Counted from the first letter of the whole stretch, positions 33,431 through 49,000 are shown. The stretch: DNA of 54,946 nt, filler included, from Sphacelaria rigidula (GCA_964200075.2; 2 parts of 2 records of this genome joined end to end with filler, not necessarily neighbours in it), one strand, 5' to 3'. Notes: generated by a model from the sequence alone, not told the origin. Made by a program: numbers and translations.

Positions 33431-35807
33431 CCTGTTGGGTCGGCACTGTCGAGGTTATGGATTAAGAAGAATTCAAAGCGTGTTATTATGGAAGAAATGA
33501 CTCGCACGCCCGTTTCAGCATGGCGTTTCGACGGAGGTATACTAAACTGCAGTGGAGTTCAAACACGCGGTGCCACCACAAGCCGGTCTGAGCGAAGAAC
33601 GCAAGATTGAAGATTCCCTCGTCGCTGCTTATTTCGTGCTGTACACACAGTACGTACAGCACCTCCCCCCATGAACCTGACGATCGAAACCAGGCGAACA
33701 CAATACAGTACCATCTCTTAGAATCGTACAGGCACATGCTTCATGCTTTGAGAGATGAGCAATTTATTGTGTCAATTTATTGTTTATATGGTGGACCACA
33801 CAGATGGCTTCGATTTGATCAAGTTTTTATCACTGGCCCTTGTTGGAGTGTTTTAAGACTACTTCTTATCGCGACACAAATCTCAAGTCTGTACTCGTAT
33901 GCACATCGGTGGAGCTGAGGTTTGTGATTTGCTCTTATGGATCCCATTATGGCCCAGATCAGGGGAGGTCAGGTCGGGATTTTTCGATTTTTGCACGACT
34001 TTCTCAATCTGAGCTACGAGTGCGGTCTGGCGGAAAGTTGAGTTCCCCTTAATCTGTAGGAAGGTGAAGTCTGTACAGTGACGTATGACAATAGGGCAAG
34101 AGGCATTTGATCTTTTGAAACCGCAGCAGCAGACACAGTCTCGTGACAACGCAGACTGTGCCTACCCGCGCCAGAAGTTGGAGCAGCTTCGTAGCACAGA
34201 TCGAGCTCACGGTTCGACAAGCGGATGAAAAGTGTTGACGTGACCTGCGGCGAGGGTACTATACTGCACTACACTGGCGTATGTTTCACGTTAGCGAAAA
34301 GTGCTGCACTAACCTTCTGTCTGTTGTCGTTGTATTTGCAGGTTGATGTACGGTGCTGCACTCGAACTGCGCTCTTCTCGCACACTGGTCTCGCAATACT
34401 GACTGTGTCATCATGTATTTCCGTACATAATTGTGGACAGTTATGATGGGGTGTACTGCACTGCACCTCGCTAGGGTAACTTTGATACGACAGTACAGTG
34501 TACTTGAAGGATGACTCATTGCCTCCCTGTTGATCGGCTTCACTTTTGAGCGATACCAAACCCCTGCAGAGAATGCCCACCTGTGTACAGAACTATTTAG
34601 ATAAATCTGTGAAGCCATAATAGGGCCTCTGCAAATCTGACTTTCGCAAATCTGAGTCACCCTGATTTGCACAGATCGGGGGCTCTGCAGCTTGGGCATT
34701 TGTCCCCGTAAAAAGTAGTATATTTGGTCCCGATTCTCGATTTGTTATACGCCTCCTTGAACTTCTTCATTTGTCAAGACACTGGCGGCTGCTTGCGATA
34801 ATATGATAATTGTTCCGAAAAAGCCGTGAAATCAATTCGGTTGCCATCACAGGATCCAGTACGAGAGAGGCACGTATGGAATTTGTTGAATAAACCAGGG
34901 TGTAGGGGGCTGACGAAGTCACGGCACTGTAGAGCTTATGAAGAAGCTCATGAAAGGTACTACACAGTTGACGAACTAGTGTAATTTTGGAAGCTTATAT
35001 TTGAAAATATGACGGTCTACTGCACCACAAATACATTTAGCGTGGTAGAGACTACTACAGCAACCTATTATTAATAGAGACTCTTAACAGTTGTCGACAT
35101 CTTGTTCTTGAGCAGTGTACGAGCACACTAACCGCATCGTGCGTCTTCTCTCCTGTATGACACGTATCCAGGGTGACTGAACCGCAAGGGTACAGTTTTT
35201 TGTACTCAAAACGAAGCAGGCAATACAATTATTTTGCTGTAGGGCAGCAGCCTTGTTCGATGTAGCACACTGGTAATTCATGCTATACACTGGCGAAATA
35301 GTGAAGTAGCAGCAGGAAGAAGCGTGGATACCTTGGGTGATTAGTCGAAGGCCCGCCGTCCCCCACTTTGGAGTTCTGGCCTAGACGAAATGCACTAATA
35401 CTGGCACCCATGGTACGCTCAACTAAACTGATGTAGAGGTCCTCTGTTTCTTTGTCTGCTAGGTCGAGTTACCGATGTCACGTATTTTGGATACTGACCG
35501 ATACTACGAGACACGATAGATACCAGGCTGTCTCGACCCTGAAGGCAAAACTGAAAGAAGAATTGCAGTGCGATTGTTTAAACGATGTGTTACTTTATGT
35601 GTATGATATTTCATGTCATGAGTCCAAAGTTATGGGGTAAAGGCTTGGTGACGGATTCTTGTGCTGTTCCCTGGGACTGATCTGTAAACGCCGACCTCGT
35701 CCATTTCCTAGCATCCTGAACAAAAAGGCACATTCGCTTAGCTTCGTTCGCCTAAGCGGGGCATCTACGATACAGCACTAAATGGTCTTCTTTTCGTCTC
35801 CATGCAG

Positions 35808-38800
35808 GTGCCTACATAGAACAGTACAGATATGTGGTAGCCATGGACGGCCGCAAAAGCAACGCTGCATCCAATTACGCGACAGTGCCCCGGTCAAGAG
35901 CTAGTGAGTCGGGGAACGCCACGAACGAAATGATACCAGCCGTCACGGCGAAGTTGCCGACCCTACCTACAGTGCCCTCGTTTGTTGAGGTTGACAAAGT
36001 CAACAGGCAGCATGGTGGACTGCTTGGACTCTCACAAGCTAGCAACCTAGTGAAGGGCGGAAGCACTGACGATGTGAGTGTTGTCTTTGTTCAGCCGCAT
36101 GTCGGTACAGGCTTTTGCACATCGCTGCTCTGGGCGAGGACATGGTTGCTGTGGTACCTGTGAATACCGCCCTTTTGCTATCAAGTTCCCTATGTGTGAG
36201 GTGCTTGAGGCGTCGTACAGATGACCCCCCCTCCCTTGCCACCGCCCCTTTCTTTTGTCACATGCAGCAGGTCAAGGAGCTGCTGCTAGATTCGAGGAAT
36301 AAGTATCTTGAAGTTGCGCGTAGCCTACCCGACGGGCAAGCGGACAAGAGGGCAATACAAGAAGGGCTTCCGCACGCGTTTTCCATTTACATGCGCTCTG
36401 AGGAGGCGGCACCTCTAGCCCTCGAACTCATCAAGTAAGAAAACGCCCAACATAGGCGTGTATCTTGACACAAGGCACGGCATGGCTATGCTTGTACTGG
36501 CACACCCTGTGGAATGTCTGGACCTGGACTCCACGCAAAACTCCAGCTTCGCAGGATAAATGATACATACTGGTACAGTGGTAGTACCGGCGTGGGTATC
36601 AGAGAATCGGTCGACGCCTGTCCTAAAGTGCTCTTCTTACGCGCTCACGCTCACGTCGTCTGCACTGTTAATGAACTCATGGGCGCGACGTTGGAATCCA
36701 CACATGGTGGATCAGGTGGTTCTGCTCCGCACACATGATCTGCCTGGAGCAGCTCGCCTATCAATCGTCTTCCGCTGTTGCTGGCTGGAGGGGTGCCGCC
36801 AAGGGGAGCGGCGCTATAAACACCGAACCCGGAAATGCGACGAACAAAGTTTTGCGGATGCTGCTCTTGCTGACCGCCGGATTTCGCGCCTTTCTGGATA
36901 ACGCTAAGAGCAAGCTCTTCACAACCGAGTATGGCTATATGCATTAGAACTGCCATTCGTTCTCACCTCCGGATTATCGAGTTCGTCAATCATTGTTTCG
37001 AGATCTCTTGTGTCATGTATGATTCATCACGGTTTTGTGTCTTGTGCTATGTTTTGAAATAATGATACTGCGTTGCTCCTTTCTCTAGGCGATCAGAACC
37101 AAGAAACGCTTCCTGCCACACAGCACCGTATACGTGGTTTAGGCCACCACATGGGGGACTTGTCCCTTCTACGGAGACTTTCCGGTATTTGATACCGGGC
37201 TCGATATATTCTGCTGATACGCGAGTTTCACCTCACCTACCACCCCGCCCGACACCCGTATCGTTTGAACACATCGCAACCAGGAACCACCTGAAGCATT
37301 TGGAGCACGCCGTTGCACACGCCAGGGAAACGATTAAAGGCATCGTGGTCGAGTGCTCGGGCCCAAATCCTGCCGTGGGCAAAGCGGCGGCGAGACTTAA
37401 GGGCCTCGTCTCGACAGCCTGCTTCACTCGCTTACACAACGCTGCTTTCGACAATAAGCAGCCTGTGCGTATTGTAGCGGTAGCTCCCTCTGTTCCCGCG
37501 CTTCGTGTGCCGTGCCATTCGTACGGGTGTCTCTACCATACTGAAAGAGTGGTTCCTGCCGTCTCTGCAATCTTAATCCTTGACCCGTGCACGTGTGAGC
37601 ATGCATGGAACAATGACTCCGATTAATTGCGCTTGAAACGCGCAGTGTTTTCAGTCTTGGTGAATATTTCCCACCCGGACCCCACCCTTTAAACCCTCTC
37701 GCTCCTCCATCTTGGCCAGGCGGGCGCTTATACTCTCTTTTCCTGGGGCCACAAAGATGTGTCGAAGCTCTTGCAATGCTTGTCCAAAGAGGACAAAGGA
37801 CCAACGGCTGCGTACCTGCAGAAACCAGGGACTTGTCTCGAAGCCCTCGGAGTCCTGCTGAGGTTGGTACCATTTTCCAGACATGCAGGCGGAGAAGGGC
37901 CAGCATGGAAGCTCGCGCGAACGGGACGAGGACTATTTGCATTTGATATGGGTGAAGCGCTGCAGCTTATCGGAGAGTTTGCGCTCTTCTCGGTTTTTCC
38001 CATGTGCCGTAGGTCTTTGACCACTGTAACGGTTGTTCACCTTACGAAAGTACACTCAATACCCTCTCTTCGTGTGCTGTCATCAATGTACTGCATGCTA
38101 TGCCCTTCGAGATAGCGTGGCCATGGAGGCTCCGCAGGTCTTCCCGGCGATCGCGAGTTCTTTTGCCGAGGCTGTAAGGTGCATGAACGCCGCCTCTGAG
38201 GGGACATGGGGAGAGCGCCCTGCTCTGCAACATATTACCGTGCGGGTAAGTATGTACTTTTCCCAGGCCGTTGGTCACAGCTATGTCACAGCAGCGCTGG
38301 TGCAAAGATCATCGCTAGAAGTGGTGGAGTATTGAGATCATCACATGTTGGCGGTGAAAATCTGTTAGCTACAACCGCTCCGTGTTTGTAGTACTTTTGG
38401 CTTCGCATAGTAGGTTGTGATCGCGCCATGAGTAACGTCAAGCTACGAAGAGGAAGCACACCCACTGCTACTATGGACGCATCCTATCTTGACAAGTTCA
38501 CCCGGTAAAATCGACTTGTTCTCTAGGTCAACCGCCTCCACTGTACATGCTTCTCTGTATCCTAACATTTACTCCCTCAGCGGCCGCTTTGCTTAATCGT
38601 CATTACTCGAAACAGCACTCAGTTATCGCCTGCGCGGCCCACCTGGCGGACAGAATCGGGAAGACGCCGGATCGATTTCGAGCCGAAGCAGGGAGGCAAC
38701 TTTGGCTCGCCCTCAGTGACTGTTGCATCATGCAGACGGGACAGTATGTCTGTGATCAACCGCCCGCACAGGGGTCCGCCGGAGCGCGGGCGATCGCCGA

Positions 38801-41693
38801 GGCGCGGGCCTCAGGTGTGACAGCTATTTCAAAGCTGTATCCATCTAATTGCCTTGCGGTTCATGGTCGCGTAGAACAATCCAACATTGTGATCAAAGCG
38901 GGTTGACATTGACGTCGTGACGTTGAGGTCGTATACAATCATCTGTACCCAGTCCCGCCAATCCCCTCGAATCCCCCCCGCAGTATACAATCATTTGTAC
39001 CCAGTCCCGCCAATCCTTACGCTGACCTGGTGGTTTTTCTCCTCATTCTCTCAGGTATCAGGTCGGGCCCCGCTCGTGCGTCGGAGCTTAGTATTACTTT
39101 ACCCAGTCTGGGTGAAGGTGGAGGACATGGTGCGCTTCCAAACAAACAACGCGTGCGCAGCCCCGGGAACAATAACGAGGTTTCCAGGACAGGTAATATT
39201 TCAGTTGGAAACAAGAGGCCGCGCTCGCCACGCGACCATCATCCAGGCAATGACTCGACGGCAGCGCAGGACAGCAACGACCGGGATGGAAAGGATCCAA
39301 CGGATCCTGCACCTGCCAAGTCAGCACCGAGCAAAAGATCACGCTCGCCACGGTCACCGCGCGAACATCACACAGAACATGGCTCAACGGACGACAAAAG
39401 TACTTGCCCTCAGGGTGGTGGAAATTCAACGCCCTCAGTGCCTCCTGGCACGGTGCCGAGCATAAGACTGCACTCGCCGCGCTCACCACGCGAACGCCAT
39501 CCACACGATGATTCAGGGTCCACACCGGGCATCGGTAACAATGATGCGAACGGCCCGCCGCCTCTGGAGCCTGCGAAGACTACGCTCAACGAACGCCCTG
39601 AGTGGACAGAAGGGGGTCGCTACCAGGTGGTATTGGGGGAGTCGTTTGAACGGCCGGTCAGCCACAACAGGAATGGCGCGAGTGAGGGTAATTCGGAGGT
39701 CGGGCACTACGTACACTTGAAGTATGACTTCGTGCCCGGGCGAACGGACGTTGACGCTACTGCAATGCTCAGACAACGGCCATTGGGGGATACTGAGGCT
39801 GACAAAGGTGCTCGAGCTGGTGCGGGTAATGCAGGTGCCCAAGCTGGTGGAGGGAGGGGAGGGCAACGATGGGCAACAGAGATCGAGTATGGGAGTAAGC
39901 ATACCGGAAGTCCACGCCCTGTTCGGTTCGGTGGGCACGCCGATAGGTGATGGATAGCATATGACTTTCGTACGCCCAACAGTGATGTGTTTGTGTCGAG
40001 GCCATAGCTACTTTGTTTCGTCGTTGTCACTCGGCCGTCACTGGGTTTCTCTGAATGATCTTCCGTGCGCACGTCTTGCGAAGGCGGAGTTACAAATAGC
40101 ACTTTCGCTGGCTATGGACTTCGTACACTCAAGTCGTTAGCTCCCGCGGATGGCATTGCTAGATTCATACGCTTACGGAGCTTGATATATCGATGACTGC
40201 ATTCCGATGATGACCGCTTTTGTTCATTGTCTGCTCCCTCGCATTAACTCCATCCCTAAACCGTGTTCGCTCGGTGCTATTCTTCGTCACAGGGCTCCAG
40301 ATCTAGAGTGCGTGCTTGTGTTCGACGGTAATATGTTCGTGATGGACCGGGTGTCTGTCATAGGGGTGAGAGGACAGCATGTTGACAACGGAAAGAACAA
40401 ACGACGTCCTCGTGGATGTTGGAGAAAACCCATGCGTTCGCAATACCCGTATATGATCATGGTCACCGGTTTTACGGACGTTGAATCGTCTCATCAGGAG
40501 TGCACGAGCTAGAACGGCGAGCACATGTGAACTAAACTACTCATTGTGTAACGCTATTGTTTGTAAGCGCTTGTCAATTGCTTCCCCTGCCCGAACCAGA
40601 AGACTGCAGAAAAGAAAGGTCACGACGCCGTTGCATGACGACTAGCATGCTGATACTATTCATATTAGCACTCGCCGAAGTTGAATACGATACACATCTG
40701 GACGAGCCATCCTCTATTCGAAAATATTTATTGATTGTACTTGCAACCGAAATGACTAAACTTTGGAATCATATGGTGGTGGATGTCGGGTCGGGCACGT
40801 CGCTAAGTGTAGACAAACTAGTTGGAGCTATGAGTGTTCAAGTACCGAGTCGGCTTGGGTAGTGCAACACCATTTCCCGGCTTATTTGGAGCCGTGCTGG
40901 GTGTCATGGTCTCTAACGTTGCCATAATGTACATCTATCTCCTTTCTTCATGCATGCCCAGAATATGAAACACGTGCAAGACGTTTCAGCATCACCTGGT
41001 ACTGGTAGCATCTCCTTAGAAGGTGCAGTGAAAAATAAGCCGAAGAAGAAGGAACATATAGGAGAGAAAGCGGAGAAGAGGAGATCAAAGGACAAAACGA
41101 ACGTATCCAAGGGGAGTGGTGCCAGGGGCAGCAGCAGCAACAACTCCAAAAAGGATGGTGGAAAACCCAACGAACGAAGTAAAAACGCCAAGAAGTCGTC
41201 ACAGGTGAGCAGCAGCAGACGACCTGGGTCTTGACTTTCACGGAAGATGAACCAGGAAAAGACACGCGTCGAGGGTTAGACAAGAAGTGAGCAAATAGAG
41301 AATCCATCTGCACAGACTTGACGCATGAAGTGGTGTATTAGAAAAGATTGTAGCGTGGAATCCCGAAATTCTCACGTATGTGTTTATTCTGCCTCTGCTC
41401 GTTGTATTTCGGCCCCTGTATCTGCTCATTCGCGGTTGTGGGTTGTGCCGCAGACTGCTGAGAATGGGAGCGCAACAACACATCTACCGCCCACAGAAGG
41501 AAGCAACCCAACGATGAAAATTGCGGTGGCACCAGCAAACATGCTGTCGAAGTCCATCGCCAACACCACGACCAGCAACGCCGGCGACAAGTTGCAATTG
41601 CAAGCGACTGAATCGGTATCAGACAAGCAGAAAAGGCTGGACGACGAAAAAAGGAGCGCGCCCGAGAAACAGCGGGCACAAACCCCGCGTTAA
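35808..41693 (+). CDS. Multi-exon host gene containing an EAF (ELL-associated factor)-like domain; ends approximate
   Basis: Candidate exons 36271-36434, 36716-36928, 37284-37464, 37720-38012, 38116-38245, 38581-38814, 39055-39946 and 40293 onward; phase-compatible except across 38245/38581. Motifs YQVVLGESF..HLKYDFVPGRTD..RFGG..ECVLVFDGNMFVMDRV. Confidence 0.7.
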
Positions 41694-44600
41694 TTATGCT
41701 GTGCTGTAGTTGCACCACCATCAGCCCCAACCAGTAGCAAAGGCGACAAAGATTATAGCGGCGACTGCGCACAGACAAGGTGGAAGGCAGCAGCGGAGGA
41801 TCAAAAATGGTTCAGAGCCATTGTCAGTCTACTCCACCGTCTCATGGGTCAGCGATAAACGACATCTAAGCCAGGTTCCTTTCGTGAGGAACGGAGCGTC
41901 AAGTTTCTATCCGGCATGTTTCGATTGCCGTCCCCTGCGCGAAGCGGCAAACTTCGTCAAGACTTATCTTGTCAACTAGTACCGTCAGATCATAGACACG
42001 TCATACGCAACATGGCACACATAGTTCCTGTGCAAGGTACTGGGGTGTGTGTGCATGCAGTGGAACATGGGATATCTCGTAATATCAGCACCCTCAGCTT
42101 GGTGCTCTTACGCCTTGCTACACGGATCCCCAGAGGTTCGCCTTCGCGCAAATGTTGCACACATCAACCACTCAATGGCTGGGACAGAAATCTACCCGTA
42201 CCCGCCTACCTTGCGTCTCTGTGCTCAACAAGCGTCCGAGAAAACTCTGCCAATTTCCACGTGGGGTGTTGTTGGTGATGGTTCACCACGAACGAGAGCA
42301 TCACCTCTTTTTACACCCCCAGCGTTTACCAAAGCTGTTCAAGGCATGGATACTCTATACCGGTCAGTGCGAGACAGATGATCACAAGGTTTTCGTGAGA
42401 TTGAGAGTGTAGTTTCTGATCGAATGAACGTTTATTAGGAACGCGTTTTTGTGTGTTTCCATCAATGAATGAAACACTGACGAATGGTATAGGGAACGGT
42501 ACGGTTTGTTGAACTTACACCAAAAATAAGGGGAATGAGCATATCAACCAACGAAACATTCCTGTCATTATTGCGTCGCTATACAAGTACGTGATGGCTT
42601 ATTACCTGTTGTACATAATGCTGTGTATTCTAAAAAGTTCTCCCGTTGACACGTTGTATGCAAGTCAAGGGTTTGGACTCTTGCGATCCGAAATATTCGT
42701 GTATCGGCTTTGGATAATACATCCAACGACTAATTCTTGGAGTGAACTCTCCGACCGCCAGGTTTGCAGATCCATCAGAGGTTACCACTTGGTAGGATGG
42801 AAATTGACTCACTTGGTTTTGGTGTGGACACCAAAATCCGGATCTTCAATGATGGCTGTGCTGCTAACCCGGCGCAGAATGCGTTGTTGCCTAGGAAACA
42901 TTTTGTACCCCCCTTGCCCGCAGGTTCTCGGTATGCCTTCGTTGGGGGTAGTGTTAGAGTTATTTGAAATAATATATTTCAGAGAAATTTCTTCATTCTA
43001 CCGAGCGGTGAGCTAATCGCTGCAAATCGGGGCACGCACTTTTCAAGATGATGCCGATTTCACAAACGGCTGAAATGCTCACGCTCTATCAGAAGCTAGG
43101 ATCTCAATATCACTAAAACCTTGTTTAGTGCTCCCTCCCGAAAGGGTATGCGTCGAAATCTTTCAACGGTATCGCCAATGATTGTTTACCGTATTGTCTC
43201 ACCAATTAGAAGTGAAGAGAAGGGGTTGAGTTTTCTTTCGTGAGGCAATCAAGCCTCAAGCTGCCATACTTGATAAAAATGGCGCTATAACCACCAGTGG
43301 TCGAATGAGAGGCGAAGCAACGAGCATAGCAGCGACCTAAACGGTTGCTTTGCATCAGCCAGAGAGGTCTCGGACTGGTGGTGTAACACGTCACCCATGC
43401 GATGGAACGTGGGCGAAACAATAGTCACATAAGCACCATGTCCGTCTGCTGACGTAGCGTGCTGTACTTTGGGTGAACTTCTGCGTCGTATCACGGGTCT
43501 GCAATCCTTTCGTGCAACTTGATGCAATCGTTGTCGTTGTTGCATGTAAATGTCCTCATTCATGCGCTCTACCTTTCATCAATTTTCGCCCATTACATTT
43601 TATGATGAAACATGGAGTAAAGGGGATGAAAAATGTGGAAATAATGAAAAAATAGAACCCGTTAATAGGGGCCCTACGCAGTTCAAAACAACGGATCCTG
43701 AAAAATGAGGTTGAACTTTCAAATGGAACTGAAGTCACCTTCCAAAATGTCACCTATTACTTGGAACAGTGTTTCAAAAGTATCCAAATGAGGAGTTTAT
43801 TTGTCTGTTGAAACTTACTTCCCCGCGCTTGTCGCCTTGTCGCGCATTGTTGCTCCGGTGTATTTATCTCCTTTAGCACATTTGAAACGACTCTCATCAG
43901 GCGAGGAGAGCCGCTGTGCATTGGATACCATCATCTTGGAGGACAATGATACCGCGTTTTTTTTTACTCCTGGGGAGATTCGCGAGGGGCAAGGGTTTTC
44001 CCACCTACTATGAAATTTCCCATTTTTACACCTGTTATATGTTTCCAGCAACGGGAACTCTTGTTCGAAACACCGACGACGGTACATTACTTCTCATGAA
44101 ATTATTCTCTCTTTCATCATTCCGAGGATTTTTGAACAAAACTCCGGAACGATTTTTGATGAAACTCATAGGAAGCAGACGAAAGCATCCTCCTCTCACG
44201 TGGTGGGAGCCGTTTCGAATGTGCGAAGACGATACATATGGCTTTAGACACCGGAGCAACAGTGCACGACAAGGCAAGCTAGGGGAAGTTTCAACAGACA
44301 AAAAAAACTCTCGGTTGTTTTTGCAAAATTGTCTCAGGTAAAATGTGCCATTGTGGAAGACGACTCCAACCGCATTTCAAAGTTCAACCTCATTTTTCAG
44401 GATCAGGTCCTGAAATCTGTTGTTGTGCTAGACTTTTTTTTTTGTCCGGATAGACTCGCTACCACCTCATCATCCGGACGAATCGCGCTTCACCCAGTCA
44501 TACACTTCCTCAACGGTGTAGCAGTACTCGTGCCACGTAAGTTGCATGCACACTGCAGTAATATTCGTCCGTTTCAACCTTGCCAAATAGAATACAACAG

Positions 44601-46018
44601 CAGGTCGACGCGGGCGAGAAGAAACGTACGCCATATTTTTTTCGTGTACATACGGCGAAAATGCCGCATATGTTTTACAGCAGCGGCAGCCTGCGGAGAA
44701 AAAATTTGCGTCTAACATTTTTTCGTTGCGGTAAGCCGCAACAGACACGTCCGCGGGAGTTGTACTATTCCGGATTCCCCATCAAATTGTTGCGGGGCCA
44801 CTGCAGCGCAACTTGACACAACTCTCTGAATCGCCGGTTCAGGATATGGCATAGTTATTTTTAATAGCAGGCTTTCAGTGAACGGTTTCGCTTCTCGTAC
44901 AGGATGCGGAGAGTCAGGCTGACATGCAACGGGTGCGTGAGTTCACAACCACAAACAACCCGATTCACGCCTCAAGTACATATACTTTTGTTTCTGCAAT
45001 GAAATCCTAGTCACCGAGCAACGTCCCTTCCATAACTAGGGGACTGCTATGAAACACGTGCCAGTTCCAACTCAGTCGTGATTTCGTGAGATCGAGAGTA
45101 GAAGATACGATTTGAGGTGAAATGCGCTTAATTAGTGAATGAACCGTTTCAGTTCCGAAATGACCCTCCACGGCGCCCGATATTCGTCTTGTAGTAGCTT
45201 GCCACTGAGGCTCTTGATATCCCTGAGTAGGATATCGACGTGTAGCCGTAAGCACACGGTAGTGATGGGAGCAAAGAAAAGCACATACGGAATGAAAAAT
45301 TGGCTAAGTTAAAGCGAATAATCAAAGCCCCTCTCAATCCGCGCTCTACTCTCAATCTCACGAAAACGTTGTTAGTCGTGAGCAACAATATAACGACTAC
45401 TCTCCTCCTTTTATTATTTGCTACGAATACTATTTGGCTTAATGCTGCCACCACACCATCACATGGCAGAGTGCCGGTTGCACGAATCTCACACTGGGGC
45501 ACGAATATATGTATGCCCATGTCTATGCTATGCCTTGAAGTGTGAGTGCTCTAGTGAGTGCGCAAATCGATCTCCGTAGGCCTCTTCTACGCCATATCTG
45601 CCCAGAACCACACACACAACTCCAAGAGGAAAATCATCTCTGCTTGCTTTCGCAAACATGAACAAGGGGCCAGCAGCGTAGTACTTTCCACCAAAGGATA
45701 ACGGGAAAGATTCAGAATGATCACCAGCTCTCAGCCAGCTGTTTGCCACCAAAGCCGGCCACTCTATGTGTTTATATATGCTACATGAAAATTCTATCTC
45801 TGATAAGCAGGCAGACTCGGGGAGCACCTATGCACCCGCTAGTGCTCACGCATATTGCTGCCTACCTGCGCGTACTTTCTTGTCCATACAAAAGTTACAT
45901 TTTCAACCTGAAGGCTTGGCCATTTGCCAATGGAGATCGCGTAACGTTGTCATGTTTCGATCTTCCCGATACTGCCTACAGCTCTAGCGGAGTTGACATT
46001 GCCGCCCCTTGAACTATC

Positions 46019-49000
46019 ATGTCCGACGGAGAAGGTAAGTGAGAAAGCGCACGCAACGAAGATGTGAAGTCGTGGCTGGATGTGTTCATCATTACTCCCA
46101 ATAAACACCATGTACAACTCCACCCGCATGCCACAGTACAGTACAGCGATAGTAGGGTGTGCACGGCGATACGGGAAAACGCGAGGGCAACCGGGCGGTA
46201 CTGTAGTGTACGACGACGATGCTTTGCTGCTTGCTGGCCGCGTGGACAAGGTGAGTTACCTCTGCTATTTTTGCTGCGACGTAGTGGAGTATTTCCCACG
46301 AGGTGAGTGAGCTGTCTGCACTTTCTCTGTTCAGTCTGTTTACGGTTTCTTCTGTTGCTAACAGTGAACCGTGTAGGTAGCACATGCGGCCCCGCTATTG
46401 TGCCGGCGGGTAGTGAAAGCCGCTTGCGGCCAAACTCTTGAACCTTGCAACCACTTGTCCCTTTGCGAAGCAATATACGAAGTGGTAGTTTTTGTGTTCA
46501 CAATGAGTGCGAGGTCGAGTGAAATGAGGTTTTCTCCCTCTGGGGGCTATAGCTCATTTCTGGGGATAGGCCCTTCTGTACCGGCACTTATGATTTGCCA
46601 GGGTGTCGTGACCATTGCAGGCGATTTTCACACCCCTTGTACAACTCCTCAAAAGGGAAATTGAGGCCCTTGCTGCGCATGTTTTGTGGCTTCTGGCTTC
46701 TACAGAGAGTAGCCACCCCTGGCATACTTCGCAAACGTCGCAAGCCGGCAGTACTGTACCATATCAAGTTGCAACCGAAAGGCTTTCGCCTGATACCATT
46801 GCCGACACTTTACATGAAATAATGCAGACATACATGACGAAACTGCTCTTGACAATTCTAGCGAAAGCATCGTTAGACTTCCCGCCCGCTTGCCCCTCTC
46901 ACAGCATAAGGGGTGGGTACAAGGGTGGTGAAATGAATGAGGGTTCCAAGGATCGGACGAATGAAACATTCGCCTGGAAATTACTTGATTTTAGTGTAAT
47001 TGATTCGTACGTTACCAATCAATCCTTAGGCTTTGCTTTCAGTGTTGCAACCCAGGAACGCGCAGCGCAGGCATGTGGAATGGTGCAAAATATGCGTCAA
47101 AACCTTCTTGACAAGCGGTCAACTTTTTTCTCTTGTCGAGCAATCAGGTCTGAACAATCGTGGATTTGGTGATTCGAACCGGCGATGATTCGTTCGTACC
47201 GTGGGGGGTTCGAATTACAGTTTCCTGTGGAGCGGGATGATGAAATCATGGTTGAACTTGTGGGAGAAGCTGGCATGCGTGTGTGTAAAAATTTGCATTG
47301 CACTATTTGCCGTTTACCCTGTTCAATGAAAACTGGCTTTTCAAGGGAAAACGGGACGGGGCGGGGATTCCCGTCTCGCATTGCCCCGTTGTCCCGGAGT
47401 TTGTGTGCTCTACCAACCCCAAAATATGTACGCTGAGGCCATAATTTTGTGCAAGCGATGCCTTGCGCATGATCAAACAAGGAACATAGCAGACTGGATT
47501 CTTTTTTGCAAGTTACATGGCTCAAACTGTGGATAGATCCGAATTTACCACGATGTCTCTTCAATTTCCCGTGAGATTGGACAAGATTTCCAGGCCCGAT
47601 AAGGATGTCCTGTGGCGACGAAACCGGACGTTCCGTAAAATATGACGGGAAACGGCCTCTAGCTTTCCGTGAAGACGGGGCGAGAACGGCAAAAACGAGG
47701 ACGGGGTTGGGACGGGACGGAGACTGTCCCCTTCCCCGATATGAAACGACGGAACGGCACGAACAGTCCTGTCGTTTTCCCGTAGATTGCCTTGCTATTC
47801 CAGGCTTGCTGCAGCAGTCGTATGGCACAATGGTACAGAAGAGGAACCAGGCCACCGTAGGAAGATAGAAACTGTCGAAAGCAACCGGTACATCACTTTG
47901 TCGTAGTATAAACACTGTAACCGCGGCATCAGTCTCCATCTCCCGTGCAGGGCACAGATTCAACAGATAATCAAGCAGCGGGCACTGTTGCACTTACAAG
48001 GTATTTTCGTATGACTTTCTACGGGAAAACGGCAATGTCTTTCTCTACGCACAAATTCCACGTTTTTTTTTCACCTACGGAATGATGAGACACACCCACC
48101 CCCACCGTGCCACCGGTGGGTGGACGTGAGGTCAAGCTTTCCCCCCCGAGCGAGGAAGACGATGTCCGTGGTTACCTCGGGTGCTCCTCTGCGGCACCTC
48201 CTTCTTGCTCTGCATTGTTCTCCTTTCTTTATGCCTGTATCTCAGTATTGCTAATCTGTCGTTACGTGGTTCTCCCTGTCGTTCTCCACATGCGTGGGAT
48301 AGATTTCGAGTACGAATACGAGGACGGAGAGGAGTATGACTATGGCAGCGACAACGACGCGGAGGCGGAAGATGACCTCATTGAGATAGAGAACGCATTT
48401 TACGAGGGAGACGGTGAGAGATGGTAGCTCGGAAGCTGGGACAAAAGAAAAAATCACTAGTCTCCGTGCTGAAAATTCGGGCGTTGGAACAGAACGAATG
48501 TAACGATAAAGCGGTCGACACCAAACTGCGTTACATAGCAAAAAACTTCATGTGGAATTGTATAGTGTCCGGTGCACCCAAGCGTGTGGAGCTGCTTTCC
48601 TATTCTTCCCATGTTCATCCTCCTGGTGTAGTCAAAATTGGGATACATGTGCAGACGGTAGTGGTAGATATGCTGTGGTGAGATGAAGGTATGTGGTGTT
48701 CACCCTACGGCTTGTTTTTATGATGTGCTACACGCACGGATCGTGCTGATCTTCTCCTGGTGTTGTTCTCCCAAAATCCAGATGCCCGGCAGGATAACCC
48801 TCAGAAGGCGCTGGAGCTGTTTCAGAAAGTCGTCACTTTGGAAGCGGAGAAGGGCAGCGAGATCAAGTGGTAAACGCGACGGTGATATGATGTGTGCGGT
48901 GGCGTACAGCTACTCGGCAAGGCTTCAGCCGGATTGACACGGGAATACCTCACCGAATTCTGCTCTTTTTTTTTGCTGATGGGAGCCCCCCCGGTGCCTC

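Noticed and set aside
42400-45900. Many short ORFs as genes or a retroelement relic
   Set aside because: No motifs or consistent exon chain that I could support.
47097-47993. 298-aa minus-strand ORF
   Set aside because: It lies in CSN2 intron 1 over CGGGA-rich repeat-like DNA and has no protein motifs.
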